A DNA stretch of 64,000 nt from Amoebidium appalachense (GCA_963693365.1 CAVNZM010000007.1:2651979-2715978); one strand, 5' to 3'. Positions 1 through 14,488 are shown, counted from the first letter of the stretch. Notes: generated by a model from the sequence alone, not told the origin. Program-made: numbers and translations.

Positions 1-158
1 ATACATCACACCCCCTCCCCCCTCCCTCCTCCTCCTTCCCCTTGATATGAAAAAGGAAGAAAAGAGAAAGAAACACGCACACACACACACACACGCTCAC
101 ACGCAGTATGGGCACAAGAATGAAGAACAACGATAAGATATCTGTGGAAGGCACGCAT

Positions 159-197
<39 letters not shown>

Positions 198-707
198 TGT
201 ACATGCACATGCGCACACGCAAACACTCGCACATGCACACGCACACAAACATGCGCGTTTGGGCACAAGAAAGAAGAACAACCATTAGTATTCGTCGCAA
301 ATGGCTGAAAAATGGAGGGGTGGCTGAGATGGTGTGTGTGTGTGTGTGTGCGTGTGCGTGTGTGCGTGTGTGTGCGTACGTGCGTGTGTGTGTGTGTACG
401 TGTGAAAGTTTCGGGAGAAGGGTTATGGGGGTGGATGTAACGTGTGTCTTTAACAGAACAGGTAACGGTGTTATGGTGCAAGTGTTTCTACTTCGTGTGT
501 GTCACTGACCTACTAGGTGTGGCTTTTTTTTTCACTGCATTGTATCGTGTTCTTTATAAAGGGAATTGGTGGGGCGTGATATGATTGGTCGGCCACACAC
601 GGCATACTGTGCCACCATCGTCACTTTTTTCTTTTTGTGTATTTCGTTTTTTGTTTTTTTTTTGTTTTTTTTTTCCTTTGTACATATACATATGTGTATT
701 TATATGT

Positions 708-751
<44 letters not shown>

Positions 752-867
752 GGGGGCGGGATGGTGTAATCCATGGGTGTTTCAGTACTGTATTCCAACA
801 CAAATCCACCCACGTCTGATACACACACGTGCAAATGCATATGCTAATAAATGTTATAATGCCGCAG

Positions 868-1382
868 GCTAAGAAGAAGAGGAATGACAAGGGGTTTGAC
901 GTGTTCAGTGAAGATTTCATCAGTGCTGCATCCCCTTTCAAGGACAAGTATCAGCATGGTACGAGCCCCCCCCCCCCCCTCCCTTCCTGAGGATGGGCTC
1001 TGCTAATGACGCATACTGTGCGCATTGCTGATATTGCACACTTGAATGTTTGCCTTTGCATGTGTCCTGCACCATGCTGCTCATCGTGTATGCGTACTTC
1101 GTACCGTGCTCCGCATTCAACCCCCCCCCCCCCTCCCCCCCCCTCCCCCCCCCCCCCCCCCCCCCACACGCACACACAAAATCTCTCACAGACTCCCTCC
1201 CTGCGGTCCTCAAACGTGTGCGTGTGTGCGCGCATGCACATACACATACACAGGCATATGGGTGTGTGTATATGCACGAGTCACATACACACTGCATACA
1301 CTTGGGCCTCGTCAAAGGAAAGCACCTGTATTTTTCCGTGCCGGCGCGTGGGCACACATACACACACACACACATGCACACA

Positions 1383-1430
<48 letters not shown>

Positions 1431-1611
1431 TTGTGTGTAGGTGCATGCACGCACGTGTGTATGTACATGCCTTTTTAATGGCTCCTGATATTAGGGTCTT
1501 TTTCTTGGCTTTGTTCCCCCCCTCCGTCCCTCCCCCTCACCCCATCCACACCCCACCGCACCCCACCGCGTGTCTGTCGTGTATGTGAGAGGCATGTGCG
1601 TGCACGTGTGT

Positions 1612-1642
<31 letters not shown>

Positions 1643-1855
1643 GGGATACGGAGAAATTGGAAACCCCGTTGGCAGGCAACTCTGGCTAACAACCCCCCCT
1701 TCCCCCCCCCCCCCCCCCCCCCCCCCCCGTCCCCCTTTTTTTTCCCTCTCTCTTACTGAAATTCAGAGGTCGTGATTGGTTACGGCAAGAAGAATCCCAA
1801 CACAGTCAAGAGGACCGGAAACCGAAAGAAGAAACACAGCAAGTTCGATCCGTGA
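868..1855 (+). CDS. 3' part of an unidentified spliced gene with a Lys-rich C-terminus; exons 868-958 and 1767-1855
   Basis: Branch-like GCTAAT and CAG acceptor precede 868, donor GTACGA is at 959, and an acceptor TTCAG precedes 1767. Phases join to give AKKKRNDKGFDVFSEDFISAASPFKDKYQH-EVVIGYGKKNPNTVKRTGNRKKKHSKFDP, ending at TGA 1853-1855. Upstream exons were not identified. Confidence 0.6.
989..1120 (+). repeat. Dispersed ~130-bp intronic element, copy 1
   Basis: GAGGATGGGCTCTGCT...GTACTTCGTACCGTGCTCCGCATT matches the reverse complement of 62040-62156, with a ~15-nt indel. Confidence 0.85.
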
Positions 1856-3269
1856 GCGTGTGCTGGGTACATCTGCACACAAGCACATGCATGCACACAG
1901 TGTTTTTGGAAATAGCTTGGAATGTGTGCATGTGTGTTTTGTGTAGAGACGTTTGGATCTGTGCGCGTGATGTAGAAAAACATGATTTAGAGCTCCAGGG
2001 AAACAATCATGTATTTTTCACATATTTTTTCCATAGTGTGCAGGGGTGTTTTTTTCGGTGTGTGCACTTGCTTGAAGCGCTACCAAGCATACGAGACTTA
2101 AGCATACAATGCTTATGCTGTTTTAGATCAAACAAAGTTATGCATCCACACGCCAAGGTTTCAATCTGTTTATTTTGAATACATAATATCAGCCCATGAG
2201 AACCAGCCTCTTGATTTCAACTACCTCCTTCAGGTTGATATTCTTGATTGTCTTCTTTTTGTTTTCTTGTCGCTCATCTGGACCATTCGTGCATTCGTGC
2301 GTGTCTCTGTGTGTGCTTGGTTGCGTGCAAGCGCGTGAAGATGCATGTGTGCATATGTACGTGCATGGTGGCTCTTTTCATTTTTTCCTTTTTTTTTTTT
2401 TTTTTTTGTTGAGGGAGGGAGGGAGGGAGGGGGGGGGGGGGGGGGGGGGGGGGGGCCGGCATGCTTCGTGCATCGGTTGGGTTCATTTGAATATGACGTC
2501 ACCATCATGCCTTGCTGCATGTGCACGCTGAGTGTGTATTCCTGCAAGCTGTTATGGAGAAATTCTGGCAAAATATATGGATATATTCTGGAAAATGTGT
2601 GGATATATTTTTCGCAATTATATGGAGGTATTCTGGCAGGTCCAGAAATAAACAAGGCCATTGGCCGTGGGTTGAATCCACCAATCAAATCCTGCACATA
2701 GTGCGCTGTACATTTATACGACTACATCGCAGACGCCACGTTACTGTAACTACCACCCACCCTTCCCCTCCCCCCCTCCCCGCCTTCAAACTCTCCTTTC
2801 TGGGGGGGGAGGGGGGGGGGGGGGTTGCCTCGATCACAGCCCTATTTTAGCTCAATTACGCGCGAATGTGATATTTAATAGTTTGCTAATGGGCTTGCTA
2901 CGATAATCATGATTTAGTAACCAGTGGGACATGAATGGAAGTGGGCAGGACGAACAGAGGGAGGGTCCGGAGGGGTGCCCAAGGATCCGGACGGGAGGGC
3001 AGGAGGAGGGAAAATGTAATGGTAGTGGCAGAGTACTGGGGGAAAGGGAAAGAGGAATGGGGGATGATCACAAAAGGGAATTTGCAGTGCGTTTGAAAGT
3101 ATAGTAAGGTGTTGCACAGTATCTGAGTATCTAAGAATACATTTCGACGGTGACGGATGGTAACAGTCATTATTAGCTCGCTGGCGATTTAAGGGAGAAG
3201 GGGGGGGGCGCAAGGGACGCAGACTCCGAGAGGGCGCAGGGGGCGGGGGGGGGGAGGGGGGGGGGGGGA

Positions 3270-3396
3270 AGTCATCCACAGAGATCATGCATTGACGCCT
3301 AGGGGGAAGCCTCCCCGGGGGGTGTTGGGGGTGGGGGTGGGGGTAGGGGTTGGATGGGTGGGTGGGTGGGTGGGTGGGTGGGTGGGCCGGGTGGAT

Positions 3397-3436
<40 letters not shown>

Positions 3437-3452
3437 GGGGGGGGGGGGGGGA

Positions 3453-3483
<31 letters not shown>

Positions 3484-3600
3484 CCACAGACTGAGATTAT
3501 GCATTGAGGGGGAAGCAGAAGCCTCCCCGGGATGGGGGTGGGGGCGGGTGTTGGATGGGTGGGTGGGTGAGTGGGTGGGTGGGTGGATCGCGGGGGGAAA
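3270..3600. repeat. ~210-bp diverged tandem duplication
   Basis: AGTCATCCACAGA..ATGCATTGA..GAAGCCTCCCCGGG..TTGGATGGGTGGG..GTGGATC occurs at ~3270 and again at ~3478. Confidence 0.75.
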
Positions 3601-3954
3601 GGGGGAGGGAGGGGGTCTAGACTCGCAAATGAGAGATTTCGCACATGTTTCCGGTAGGTACACGTTTTGTTCGTGGCCAGTTTAAATTTATTAAAGAGGG
3701 CAAAAGTAATCGACCGGGTCGACGTAGTTATGTACACTTTGATAAAACCGGTAAACCAAGACACCAAAAAAAAACGTACAAACTGGTTTTATCCTTCTAA
3801 AACCACGGTTCAAGTTTTTACACGGTGGAGCCAAGCCGGGCCCAAACCTTCGGCCGATGATTAGAGTCCTTTGGGGTTATGACCTATTCTTAGCTAAGTC
3901 TCCACGAGCCTTTGCACATCACAGATGTGTCTATTTATGCCCATAAATCTATTT

Positions 3955-4228
3955 TTAGGGCAGGAGCACCTGGTCGATGATGTCACGTCCGTAGCCGTTG
4001 CGGGACTTTGCAACGCCCACCACATTGGCATCGTTGACCTTGAACTTGCCGGGGGTGCCCGAAATCGACACCTGTAAACAGTGAATGGACGGGTGAGAAG
4101 GTGGTGACAAAGACGTAACATCATAGCAATAACAGTATCGTCGATAAAAATGGCTTGGACGGCAACAGTTGTTCGCAAATGATGTACACATAATTTTACG
4201 GGAGATGTGGGTGCACGGTGCAGATGAA

Positions 4229-4265
<37 letters not shown>

Positions 4266-5085
4266 GGGGGGAGGCAGGAGGGGGGGGAGAGAGGTATGGA
4301 TGACGAATTGTGCAAATCAGAGGGATATCCGTGACAACCGACTGAGAATAGAATATCTCGAGAGGACTAAATCTAACGTGTGTTACATGCTTCTTGCGAG
4401 CCTCCCAGAATTTAAGAAGAGGCCCATTTCACAATTCTCTACTAACTATCATAAATAGTTTGCGTTGCGAGCCTCTTGGTGTGTGCATTGTGAGCGTAAT
4501 ATGTGTAGTTGCTAGCCAAACAGACACCCAAAATTTATCTTTTCCCTAAGTGGGACAATACACACCTTCTCTCCATTGATGTTGGTGAACCTCTGGCCGT
4601 CACCCTTCAGAGCTTTGAAGCCTTCAACCACGTGGTACAGAAGTATTTCCTTGAGGGCATCCTGTGTGGAACGGTGTCAGTTATCCACTATAAAAGGATG
4701 TCACAGTATGCGTGTATCACTGGGTACTGTCATCATGATCTAGAGTTATCAACTATAAATGGGCCCGGGGGAGCCATGTTGAACGAAGCGAGAAAGAAGC
4801 TGCCAGAAAAGGAAAGGGCAAAAGGATCTTCGGGATAATCATTCTCAGCACGAACAACATCACCCTATCTGAAACAATTATGAGATAACTACAACCATTC
4901 AATAGTAAATACGGCCAGAAAAATAATATTTCTGCGCGTTATGGAATCCCCGTCTGGGAAACACTGAGGAAACACTACTACACTATTGAGTGTAGTAGTG
5001 TTTCCTCAGTGTTTCCCAGACGGGGATTCCATTGGATCATCTCGGCATAATACGTTTTTCTTTTTTCTTTTTCTTTTCTTTTCTT

Positions 5086-5134
<49 letters not shown>

Positions 5135-5921
5135 AGGGAGGGAGGAGAAGCCAACATACCCCCTCGAGCACCGACTCCAGCTCCTTGAATGCAGCGTTGG
5201 TGGGGGCAAACACAGTGTAGCGTGCCTTCTTTTCAGCAAGGGCCTCGGCCAGGCCAGCCTTCTTGACCAAATCGACCAGCAATATCCACAACAGTAGCAG
5301 GCTTAGAGGAAGGCTTGGGCTTAGCAGTTGCCTGAGGCTTGGTGGTATACGTAGGCTTGGCCGGCGTGGGCACGGGTGCGGGGAGAACCTCCTTGGGAAC
5401 AATCACAGTGTCGATGATGTGGAGAACACCGTTGTCGGCAGCAACATCATTCTTAGTGACCTTGGATCCACCAACGCGGACCTCTCCGTTTTTGATGGAT
5501 ACGGGGACCTGTAATGGTTATGTTTATTGGTCAGGAAAGTTGTAAACAGTAACCTTTAAAATGTGCAGAGTATATATGCATATTCTGTGATGGTTTGGCT
5601 TGAAGAATCGAGTCTATCTTTATCATGAGTAATGTCTGAAGAAGCTTCACAATCATCGACAAACGTTGGCAAGTTAGTCAGTGCCTGAGTGAGGCTCGTG
5701 GAAACCAGGTTGATCATGAGCACAGAGTCAAGGAAAGACAGTTGACGAGAAGCAGTAAAGTATGACGGTTATGTGTATGAACATATGTGTTTGTAGGGAG
5801 CGAGGGGGAGCTAATTGTGTGCGTGTGTAGGGGGGAGGAGGGGAGGGGGGGGGGAGGGGGAGGGGATGGTGGAGAACTGTTTACAACACAACCCCCGGGG
5901 TGGAAAGGGGTGTGTGTGTGT

Positions 5922-5955
<34 letters not shown>

Positions 5956-6291
5956 CTCGATGAGAAAATTTACCTTTGCGCCGGACAGGGTCGTAAGCGT
6001 CTGCCCGTCCTTGAGGTCTGCCGCCTTGACGGTTCCAGCAACCAAGTGCGACAGAAGAATCTTCTTCACAGTGTCGGCGGGGGGAAGCTCCTTGATTTTC
6101 TTGAATGCATCGTCGGTGGGGGCAAACACAGTGAACAAGCCCTTGCCGGACAACTTCGTAGCCAGGTTGGCTTCCACCAGGAGGGAGGCGAGAGACGTGA
6201 AGGGTGCATCCGGCGCAGTTGCAACTTCAATAATGTTCAGAGCAGTGGCTGCGGCCACGCAAAGCGCGCCGATGAGGAACGATTTCAGCAT
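3955..6291 (-). pseudogene. Secreted two-FAS1 (fasciclin) domain gene, copy A, frameshifted; exons 6291-5974, 5508-5160, 4661-4566, 4071-3955
   Basis: Signal peptide MLKSFLIGALCVAAATA; FAS1 motifs FTVFAPTDDAF, LLSHLV, NGVLHIIDTV and YTVFAPTNAAF. Relative to copy B, a 26-nt deletion at 5279/5280 shifts the frame and gives TGA at 5235-5233. Confidence 0.85.
4941..5032. repeat. Perfect 44-bp inverted repeat with a 4-nt loop, in intron 2 of FAS1 copy A
   Basis: ATGGAATCCCCGTCTGGGAAACACTGAGGAAACACTACTACACT, then ATTG, then the exact reverse complement. Confidence 0.95.
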
Positions 6292-6363
6292 GGTCGCGCT
6301 GTAGATATCACTGGGGCAGGCTCTATGTGTGCAGTCACCGATTGATGTGTTGGACTGTTGGCG

Positions 6364-6435
6364 TTTATATACCCGTCGAGAGACTATGTCAGCCAATCAA
6401 ACAGGGTTCCGGAAATTAAATCAAACGTATCCAAT
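6364..6435 (-). promoter_or_regulatory. TATA box plus two CCAAT boxes of FAS1 copy A
   Basis: TATATAAA (minus strand, 6371-6364) and CCAAT at 6393 and 6431. The same elements, with similar spacing, lie upstream of copy B. Confidence 0.6.
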
Positions 6436-6849
6436 AGGAGTCGTCGATGGCAGCCATTGTAAAGAAGGACGAGACTTGTACTACAGGATCTGACCGTTGT
6501 TCCCTACACAGGGGAATGACGTCTTTATTCAGGCGCCGTCGGATATCATTCTGATGAGCGTGAGCCACAGGCTCACGCGCCCTCAGACCGGGACATCCTG
6601 ATCCGGTTCGGGCCAGATCGGCCCGGCAGTCGCCGGTCCTCATTACACCATGGCTGCTGAATGGCATGTGGCGGAGTGATGAGCCAACGGAGAACAAGCA
6701 ACATTGCCTTCGAATTCCTTGAACAGCTACAGTCACCGCTCTAATACTATGTTTCCCGGTATAAAACACCCTCAAAGCCGCTATTTTCATGTTTCTTCCT
6801 GTGTATAGCGCGCCACTGAAGGAAAATATGTGGTCTGGGAAGTGCATTT

Positions 6850-7000
6850 CGCTCGCAAAAATATCCCGGTTTTTGCCCTTAATATCTTTCGGGATAGATC
6901 GCGAAAATATCGAATGTTGCCCTGAATATCACAAAAGTATCCCGGCAAAAGCCCCTGAATATCATTTCAAAATATCTTTAAGGCCCCTGAATATTTTTTT
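6850..7000. repeat. Degenerate AT-rich minisatellite (GCCCCTGAATATC / AAAATATC units)
   Basis: Four GCCC(C)T(G/T)AATAT units alternate with AAAATATC. Confidence 0.55.
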
Positions 7001-7604
7001 CTCTTGACTGGGATTTATTGATCAGTGGTCCAGTGGATATGAAGGCAACGTGCAGCCACAGGCTACATGACCACCAAAATAACAGACTTCGAAAGAGCCA
7101 CAGCGATGAAATAAAAAATAAAACAACAAGTGACCAAAGGACACCAGCGGCCGGGCAAAGGTACAAGTGCACGTGTATGCGTGAAAGTAGCTCCAACTAG
7201 TCATATGCAGCGATGATGACCAGGCCACACTCCGCAAGAAGACATCATTACTGCTGCCCCCAACAGGCCCCCCTCAAAACCTACCGGGGCACAGCAAGCA
7301 AGTTCAGCCTTTTAAAGTGCAATGCAGACCAAATCCGAGCGAGAAAACAATCCCCACGGGCCCGTCCCCTAGAAAACCCGCAGAAGCTGTCTCTAACTCT
7401 TTGATAAGGTGGCCTAGTTGTGGCAGGACACACAGGAAAACACAACTACAGAATGCATGCAAGTAAACCCAGTCATTGCCATACTGCTGAAGGCTGAAAA
7501 CACGGCAGCCACAAGGAAAGCTCCTCGACGACCCAGTAGCTACCCCTCCACTCACGCAGCGCAGAAGCAGTTGCAGCAGCCCACCGCCAATAGCTCGCGT
7601 AGAA

Positions 7605-7750
<146 letters not shown>

Positions 7751-7830
7751 ATCAGCTTCTCTCCGACGAGATCTCTCTCTCTCTCTCTCTCCCCCCCCCC
7801 CCCCCCCCCCTCTTCCTCTCGCTCTCTCTC

Positions 7831-7862
<32 letters not shown>

Positions 7863-8166
7863 AGCCTAAGACACACACTGACTGGCACATACCATGTTTG
7901 TTGGTGTGTCACGGTGTGTGTGTGTGTCAGTATGTTTATGTGTATGTGTGCCTTCCAATTGTGTGCGTGCGTGTGTGTGCAGTGCGTGTACATGTGCATG
8001 TGTGTGCGTGTATGTGATGGTGTGACTGTGTGTGTGTGTGTGTGCCATGGTATGTGCCAGTCAGTGTGTGTCTTAGGCTGAGAGAGAGGGAGAGAGAGAG
8101 CGAGAGGAAGAGGGGGGGGGGGGGGGAGAGAGAGAGAGAGAGAGATCTCGTCGGAGAGAAGCTGAT
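7751..8166. repeat. Fold-back inverted duplication; arms 7751-7896 and 8046-8166, ~150-bp spacer
   Basis: The unique blocks ATCAGCTTCTCTCCGACGAGATCT and CTCAGCCTAAGACACACACTGACTGGCACATACCATG recur as exact reverse complements. Microsatellite lengths inside the arms differ. Confidence 0.9.
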
Positions 8167-8169
8167 GAT

Positions 8170-8242
<73 letters not shown>

Positions 8243-8500
8243 TGGGGGGGGGGGGGGGGGGGGGGGGAGGGGGGGGGGGGGGGGGAAAGAGCCTTGACCG
8301 AGAGAGGGAGAGAGTTTGAGACGTTTATTATCTAATAAGAGATCTATCTAGAGAGAGTCTGAGAGAGGGAAACTTTTCAATGAGAGTGTGTGTGTGTGTG
8401 TGCGTGTGTGTGTGTGTGCGTGTGTGTGTTTCTTGTGCAGGAAACACAAGGAGATTTATGCACAACTCTATCATAGTGAACTATATTACCCCCCCCCACC

Positions 8501-8533
<33 letters not shown>

Positions 8534-9703
8534 CCCGGTGACCCTGCCGGGTTTTGACCCCAGGCCGGGGGGTATCTTTAGCTCCCGGGTATCGGCCAAA
8601 ATGGGCTCGGTCGACCGACCGACCCGGTGACCGGCCGGTCCCGGGTCGGGCCGACCGACCGAATGCATCCCTGAGCCTCAGCTGCATCATGCCAGTTATG
8701 TATGTGCATGTGTCCACATATGTAGGTACAGTATCATTGCAATAATAATGACACTCGTTTGGACATCACAATTAAAGGGATTCGACGTGTTAAGGCCGCG
8801 CAAACGCGTGCCGTTTCCTTGCCAAGCTGCATCCGTACTACTACATGTGTGACACTGCGCCGGATCCGGTTGCGATGAGACAAGTCAGTCCGAGAGTCCG
8901 GGCCCGGGTCCCCGGGAGGGACTCGCGGCCTGAGGCCAAGGGACTAATATTAGTGATCGAAATCATCGATATATATCATTATGATGCATTATGCCAAACG
9001 TTACTCATTACCACCTCCGTGCCACTCTTCAAATTCTCTGGCAACACCATAGGGAGCCTCGATATTGGTAGTACACAGGTGCAAGGTTGGCTGCAATAAT
9101 TCTTCTGACATCGGTTAGGTAGGGACAGGTGCGTGGCCCGGCCCGCCGTGGGTGCCTAGGTGGGGGGCTGGGAACTGTATGAAAGAGGATTTGGGGAGGG
9201 AGGTAGGGATTCTGAATGAGAGAAGAATGCACTCGGGAAGGGGAGGGGGCGGCGGGGGGGGGGGGGGGGGGGGGGGAGGGAGGGAGCCTAAGGGAGGGGG
9301 GGGGAGGGGGGGGGAGGGGGGGAGGGGACACAGGACCTTTTTCACTGACAGCTGCATATGAGTCAGACGCTAATTTTGCACCAATTAATTAAGCAACCTG
9401 CCCCTTCCCCGGTCCCCCTCCTCCCCTCCACCCTCGTCTCCGCTGCCACCCCAGGGCATCCTGAGAGAGCGAGGGGGGGGGGGGGGGGGGAGAGAGAGGG
9501 AGAGAGAGAGAGAGAGGAGGGGGGGGGGGGGGGGGAGATTTTGCACTGATAAGCAACCTGCCCTCTCCCCCGGGAGCCGGGCCTCATCGAATTCCCCTCC
9601 TCCCATCCTCTCCCTTAGCCCCCCAGCTGCAGGACAGCCTGACTCAAGGGGGGGAAGGGGGGGGGGGGGGGGGGGGGGAGAGGGGGGGAATAGAGAGATA
9701 GAA

Positions 9704-9745
<42 letters not shown>

Positions 9746-9788
9746 CGCGCGCGTGTGTGTGTGTGCGTGCGTGTGTGTGTGTGTGTTT

Positions 9789-9831
<43 letters not shown>

Positions 9832-10136
9832 TTTGTGTGTGGCTGTGCAATACGCAGCCACATGTGTGTTGAGATAGCGAGGAGGCTGCATGAGGCGGAA
9901 GGGGGGAGGTGAAGAGGGGGGGTGGGGGGGGTTTGAGCCTTTGAAGAGTGTGTGAGTGAGAAGATAAAGATCCAGGCTGTGTTTTTTTTTTTTTTCCTTG
10001 TGGGAGGGAGGGGGACGGAGGGGGAGGAAGGGGGGAGGGGGGGAAGGGCTTCTTTCCACAGTGGTAGCCTGATATAATGATCATGGGCACTCCTTTTATA
10101 TATTATCATGTTAAATGATCAATTATACTTTAAAAG

Positions 10137-11662
<1,526 letters not shown>

Positions 11663-11819
11663 CTAAAACACTTAAATACTGGTTTGTTTATAATACCACG
11701 GCTCTCGTACACAGTGGTCCAGGGGTTCAGCTGGGCCGAAACCTTGGACCTGATTTAGCATATCCTCATGAGCCTATGTATATCACAGATAAATCTATTT
11801 ATGGCACACAAATCTACTA

Positions 11820-12603
11820 TTACTTGGGCAGGAGCACCTTGTCGATGATGTAGACGTAGCCGTTGCGGGCCTTAGCAACGCCCACCACATTGGCATCGTT
11901 GACCTTGAAATGGCCGGGAGTGCCCGAAATGGACACCTGCAAAAAGTGAATGAGCGGGTGAGAAGGTGTGGTGGTGTAATCATACAACAGTATAATGCTG
12001 TAGTGGCTGAGACTTGCAGGTGTCCGGGTGCATTTGTGGCAGTTGGGATGCGGCACGCCGGGGGGGGGGGGGGGGGGGGGGATGGGGGGGGGGGGAGGGG
12101 GGGGGGGAGGAGGGGGGGGGGCAATGTTTGGAGGAAAACATGGGCAAGCATTCTGCAGCATACCGAAACCACAACAACCCACGTGCACCGATGGATTAAT
12201 ATTGAGAGAAGGACTTCGTTCGTCAGTACATACTCCGAGCAGTTATGATGCAAATAACTACTAGTTGTAGATTGGGCCGTGATTTTCAACCACATCACAC
12301 TTAACATAATAGTCGAGGATCTACCGCCATAAAATAGCCAATGCAACCGAATTCTGGGGTGGGAAGACACACACCTTCTGACCGTTCAGAGTGGTGAACT
12401 TCTGGCCGTCACCCTTCAGAGCTTTGAAGTTGTCCACAACGTGGTAGAGCAGCACGTTCTTGAGCGCATCCTGCGTGGAACAACGTTGTGTGAGCCATCA
12501 AACTTATTCTCAGAGGTCTTTGATTGTAAGTCAAGTCTTTGATTGTGAGTCAACTGTAGATCTCCAATCATCAACTATAGATCCAAGAGCAATGTCGAAC
12601 GAT

Positions 12604-12639
<36 letters not shown>

Positions 12640-12815
12640 GGGGGACTATTACTCTCGACACGGCTCAGCTATCCGACTGAGGTACCGATCAAGAGAAACA
12701 CGATTCCTACCAACTGTGGGATACCCGATTCTGTTAGACAGAGGCAGACGCAAAAACTACACAAATCAAACACGTGTTGGGGCAGGGGGGGGGGGGGGGG
12801 GGGGGGGGGGGGAGG

Positions 12816-12856
<41 letters not shown>

Positions 12857-13934
12857 GGGGGGAGGGGGTGGAGCCAACATACCCCCTCGGGCACCGCCTT
12901 CAGCTCCTTGAATGCAGCGTTGGTGGGGGCAAACACAGTGTAGTGCTTGTGCTTGTCGGCAAGGGTACCGGCCAGCTCAGCCTTGGTGACCAAATCGACC
13001 AGAGTGCTGAAAGCCTTGTTCCCAACAGCAATATCGACAACGGTATCGGGCTTAGGGGTAGGCTTGGGCTTGGGCTTGGGCTTGGGCTTGTCTGTGGGGA
13101 GAACTTCCTTGGGGATAATCACAGTGTCGATGATGTGAACAACACCATTGTCGGCAGCTACATCAGCAGTGGTGACCTTGGAACCACCAACGCGGACCTC
13201 ACCGTCTTTGATGGATACGGGGATCTGCGGAGGTGTTTATGTTAGTTGGTGAAAACTATCATAGGCAAATGCAGCTAGAAAATGTGACTCCCGGATTGGT
13301 TTCAAATTGGTAAAGTCAGGTCACACAGCCATTACCTAGATCTAGACCAGAGACTGGTCTCTCTTTGCCTCGAGTAAACAGCATAAACCCCCTAGATCTA
13401 TCTATGAACAATGGTTGATTTCGAATTAGTAAAGTCAGGTCACACATCCATTACCCAGGTCTATCTATGAACAATGGTTGAAGAAGCTTCACATTCAGGA
13501 CAAATGCTCCACAATCATTGAGAACCATACGCATGGGGACAAGCAATATCCCGGTGGACATGCAAACCGGTAGAGAGTTTCGAAGAGAGGGACATGTGCA
13601 GGGCCAAGGGGTGGTAAGACAGTTGTGCATGAGCGCGCTTGTGAGTGTGGGCAGGGAGTGGGATAATGGTTGTGGGTATGTGTAGGGGTGGGGGGTTAAC
13701 ACTAAAACACATCCCCCGGAGGCCAAGGAGCAGGGGACGGGGGGGGGGAAGGGGGGGGTTGCATGCAAAATATGGCTGTCCACCAAAGAGAAATTTTTTT
13801 TTGGGATAACTCTCTAGCGGGGGGTACCAAGAAACCCTGGTTGCGGCGCCTACAAGAGGCCAGAAGCGGGGTCTCACGAAATTGTACCAGACAATCGACT
13901 TTTGGGCCTGGATTGTCGAATGGATACGAAAATT

Positions 13935-13985
<51 letters not shown>

Positions 13986-14320
13986 TTGCGATCTACCATT
14001 ACCTTTGCACCCGACAGGGTTTCAATCATCTGGCCGTCCTTGAGGTCTGCCGCCTTGACGGTTCCAGCAACCACGTGTGACAGAAGGATTTTCTTCACAG
14101 TGTCAGCAGGGGGAATCTCCTTGATTTTCTTGAATGCATCGTCGGTGGGGGCAAACACAGTGAACGGGCCCTTGCCGGACAACGTGTTAACCAGGTCAGC
14201 TTGCGTCAGGAGAGTGACGAGGGATGTGAAGGGTGCGTCTTTCGCAGTTGCAATTTCAACGATGGACGCAGCGGAGGCTGCGGCCACACAGAGGGCGCCA
14301 AGGAGGAATGATTTCAACAT
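11820..14320 (-). CDS. Secreted two-FAS1 (fasciclin) domain protein, copy B, intact, 290 aa; exons 14320-14003, 13224-12883, 12470-12375, 11936-11820
   Basis: Signal peptide, then FAS1 (FTVFAPTDDAF...NGVVHIIDTV), a (KP)n linker, and FAS1 (YTVFAPTNAAF...LLYHVV...NGYVYIIDKVLLP). All introns are phase-0 GT-AG at the same positions as in copy A. Confidence 0.93.
13335..13400. mobile_element. 46-bp insertion flanked by a 10-bp direct repeat (CCTAGATCTA), inside an intronic tandem duplication
   Basis: CCTAGATCTA occurs at 13335-13344 and 13391-13400. The neighbouring tandem unit (~13428-13481) shows the empty site. Confidence 0.5.
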
Positions 14321-14406
14321 GTTTGCGTTTCGGGAAATCTCAACACTATTCGCGGTGTCGACGGGTTGATGTTGAGATGTGTTTTGTGCAAAGGCGCAGC
14401 TATGGC

Positions 14407-14488
14407 TATATACCCCTCGAGAGACTTTGTCAGCCAATGAAACAGAGTTTCTGCAATAAAAGTTTTGCCGTCGTCAAAAGCATCCAAT
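14407..14488 (-). promoter_or_regulatory. TATA box plus two CCAAT boxes of FAS1 copy B
   Basis: TATATA at 14407-14412 and CCAAT at 14434 and 14484, conserved with copy A. A further shared block (ATAGCGCG..CTGAAGGAAAA.ATGTGG) lies at ~14677 and ~6805. Confidence 0.6.

Noticed and set aside
8530-8665. GC-rich GACCG/CCGG patch as an RNA gene
   Set aside because: No tRNA, rRNA or snRNA signature was recognised. It looks like a degenerate short-unit repeat.
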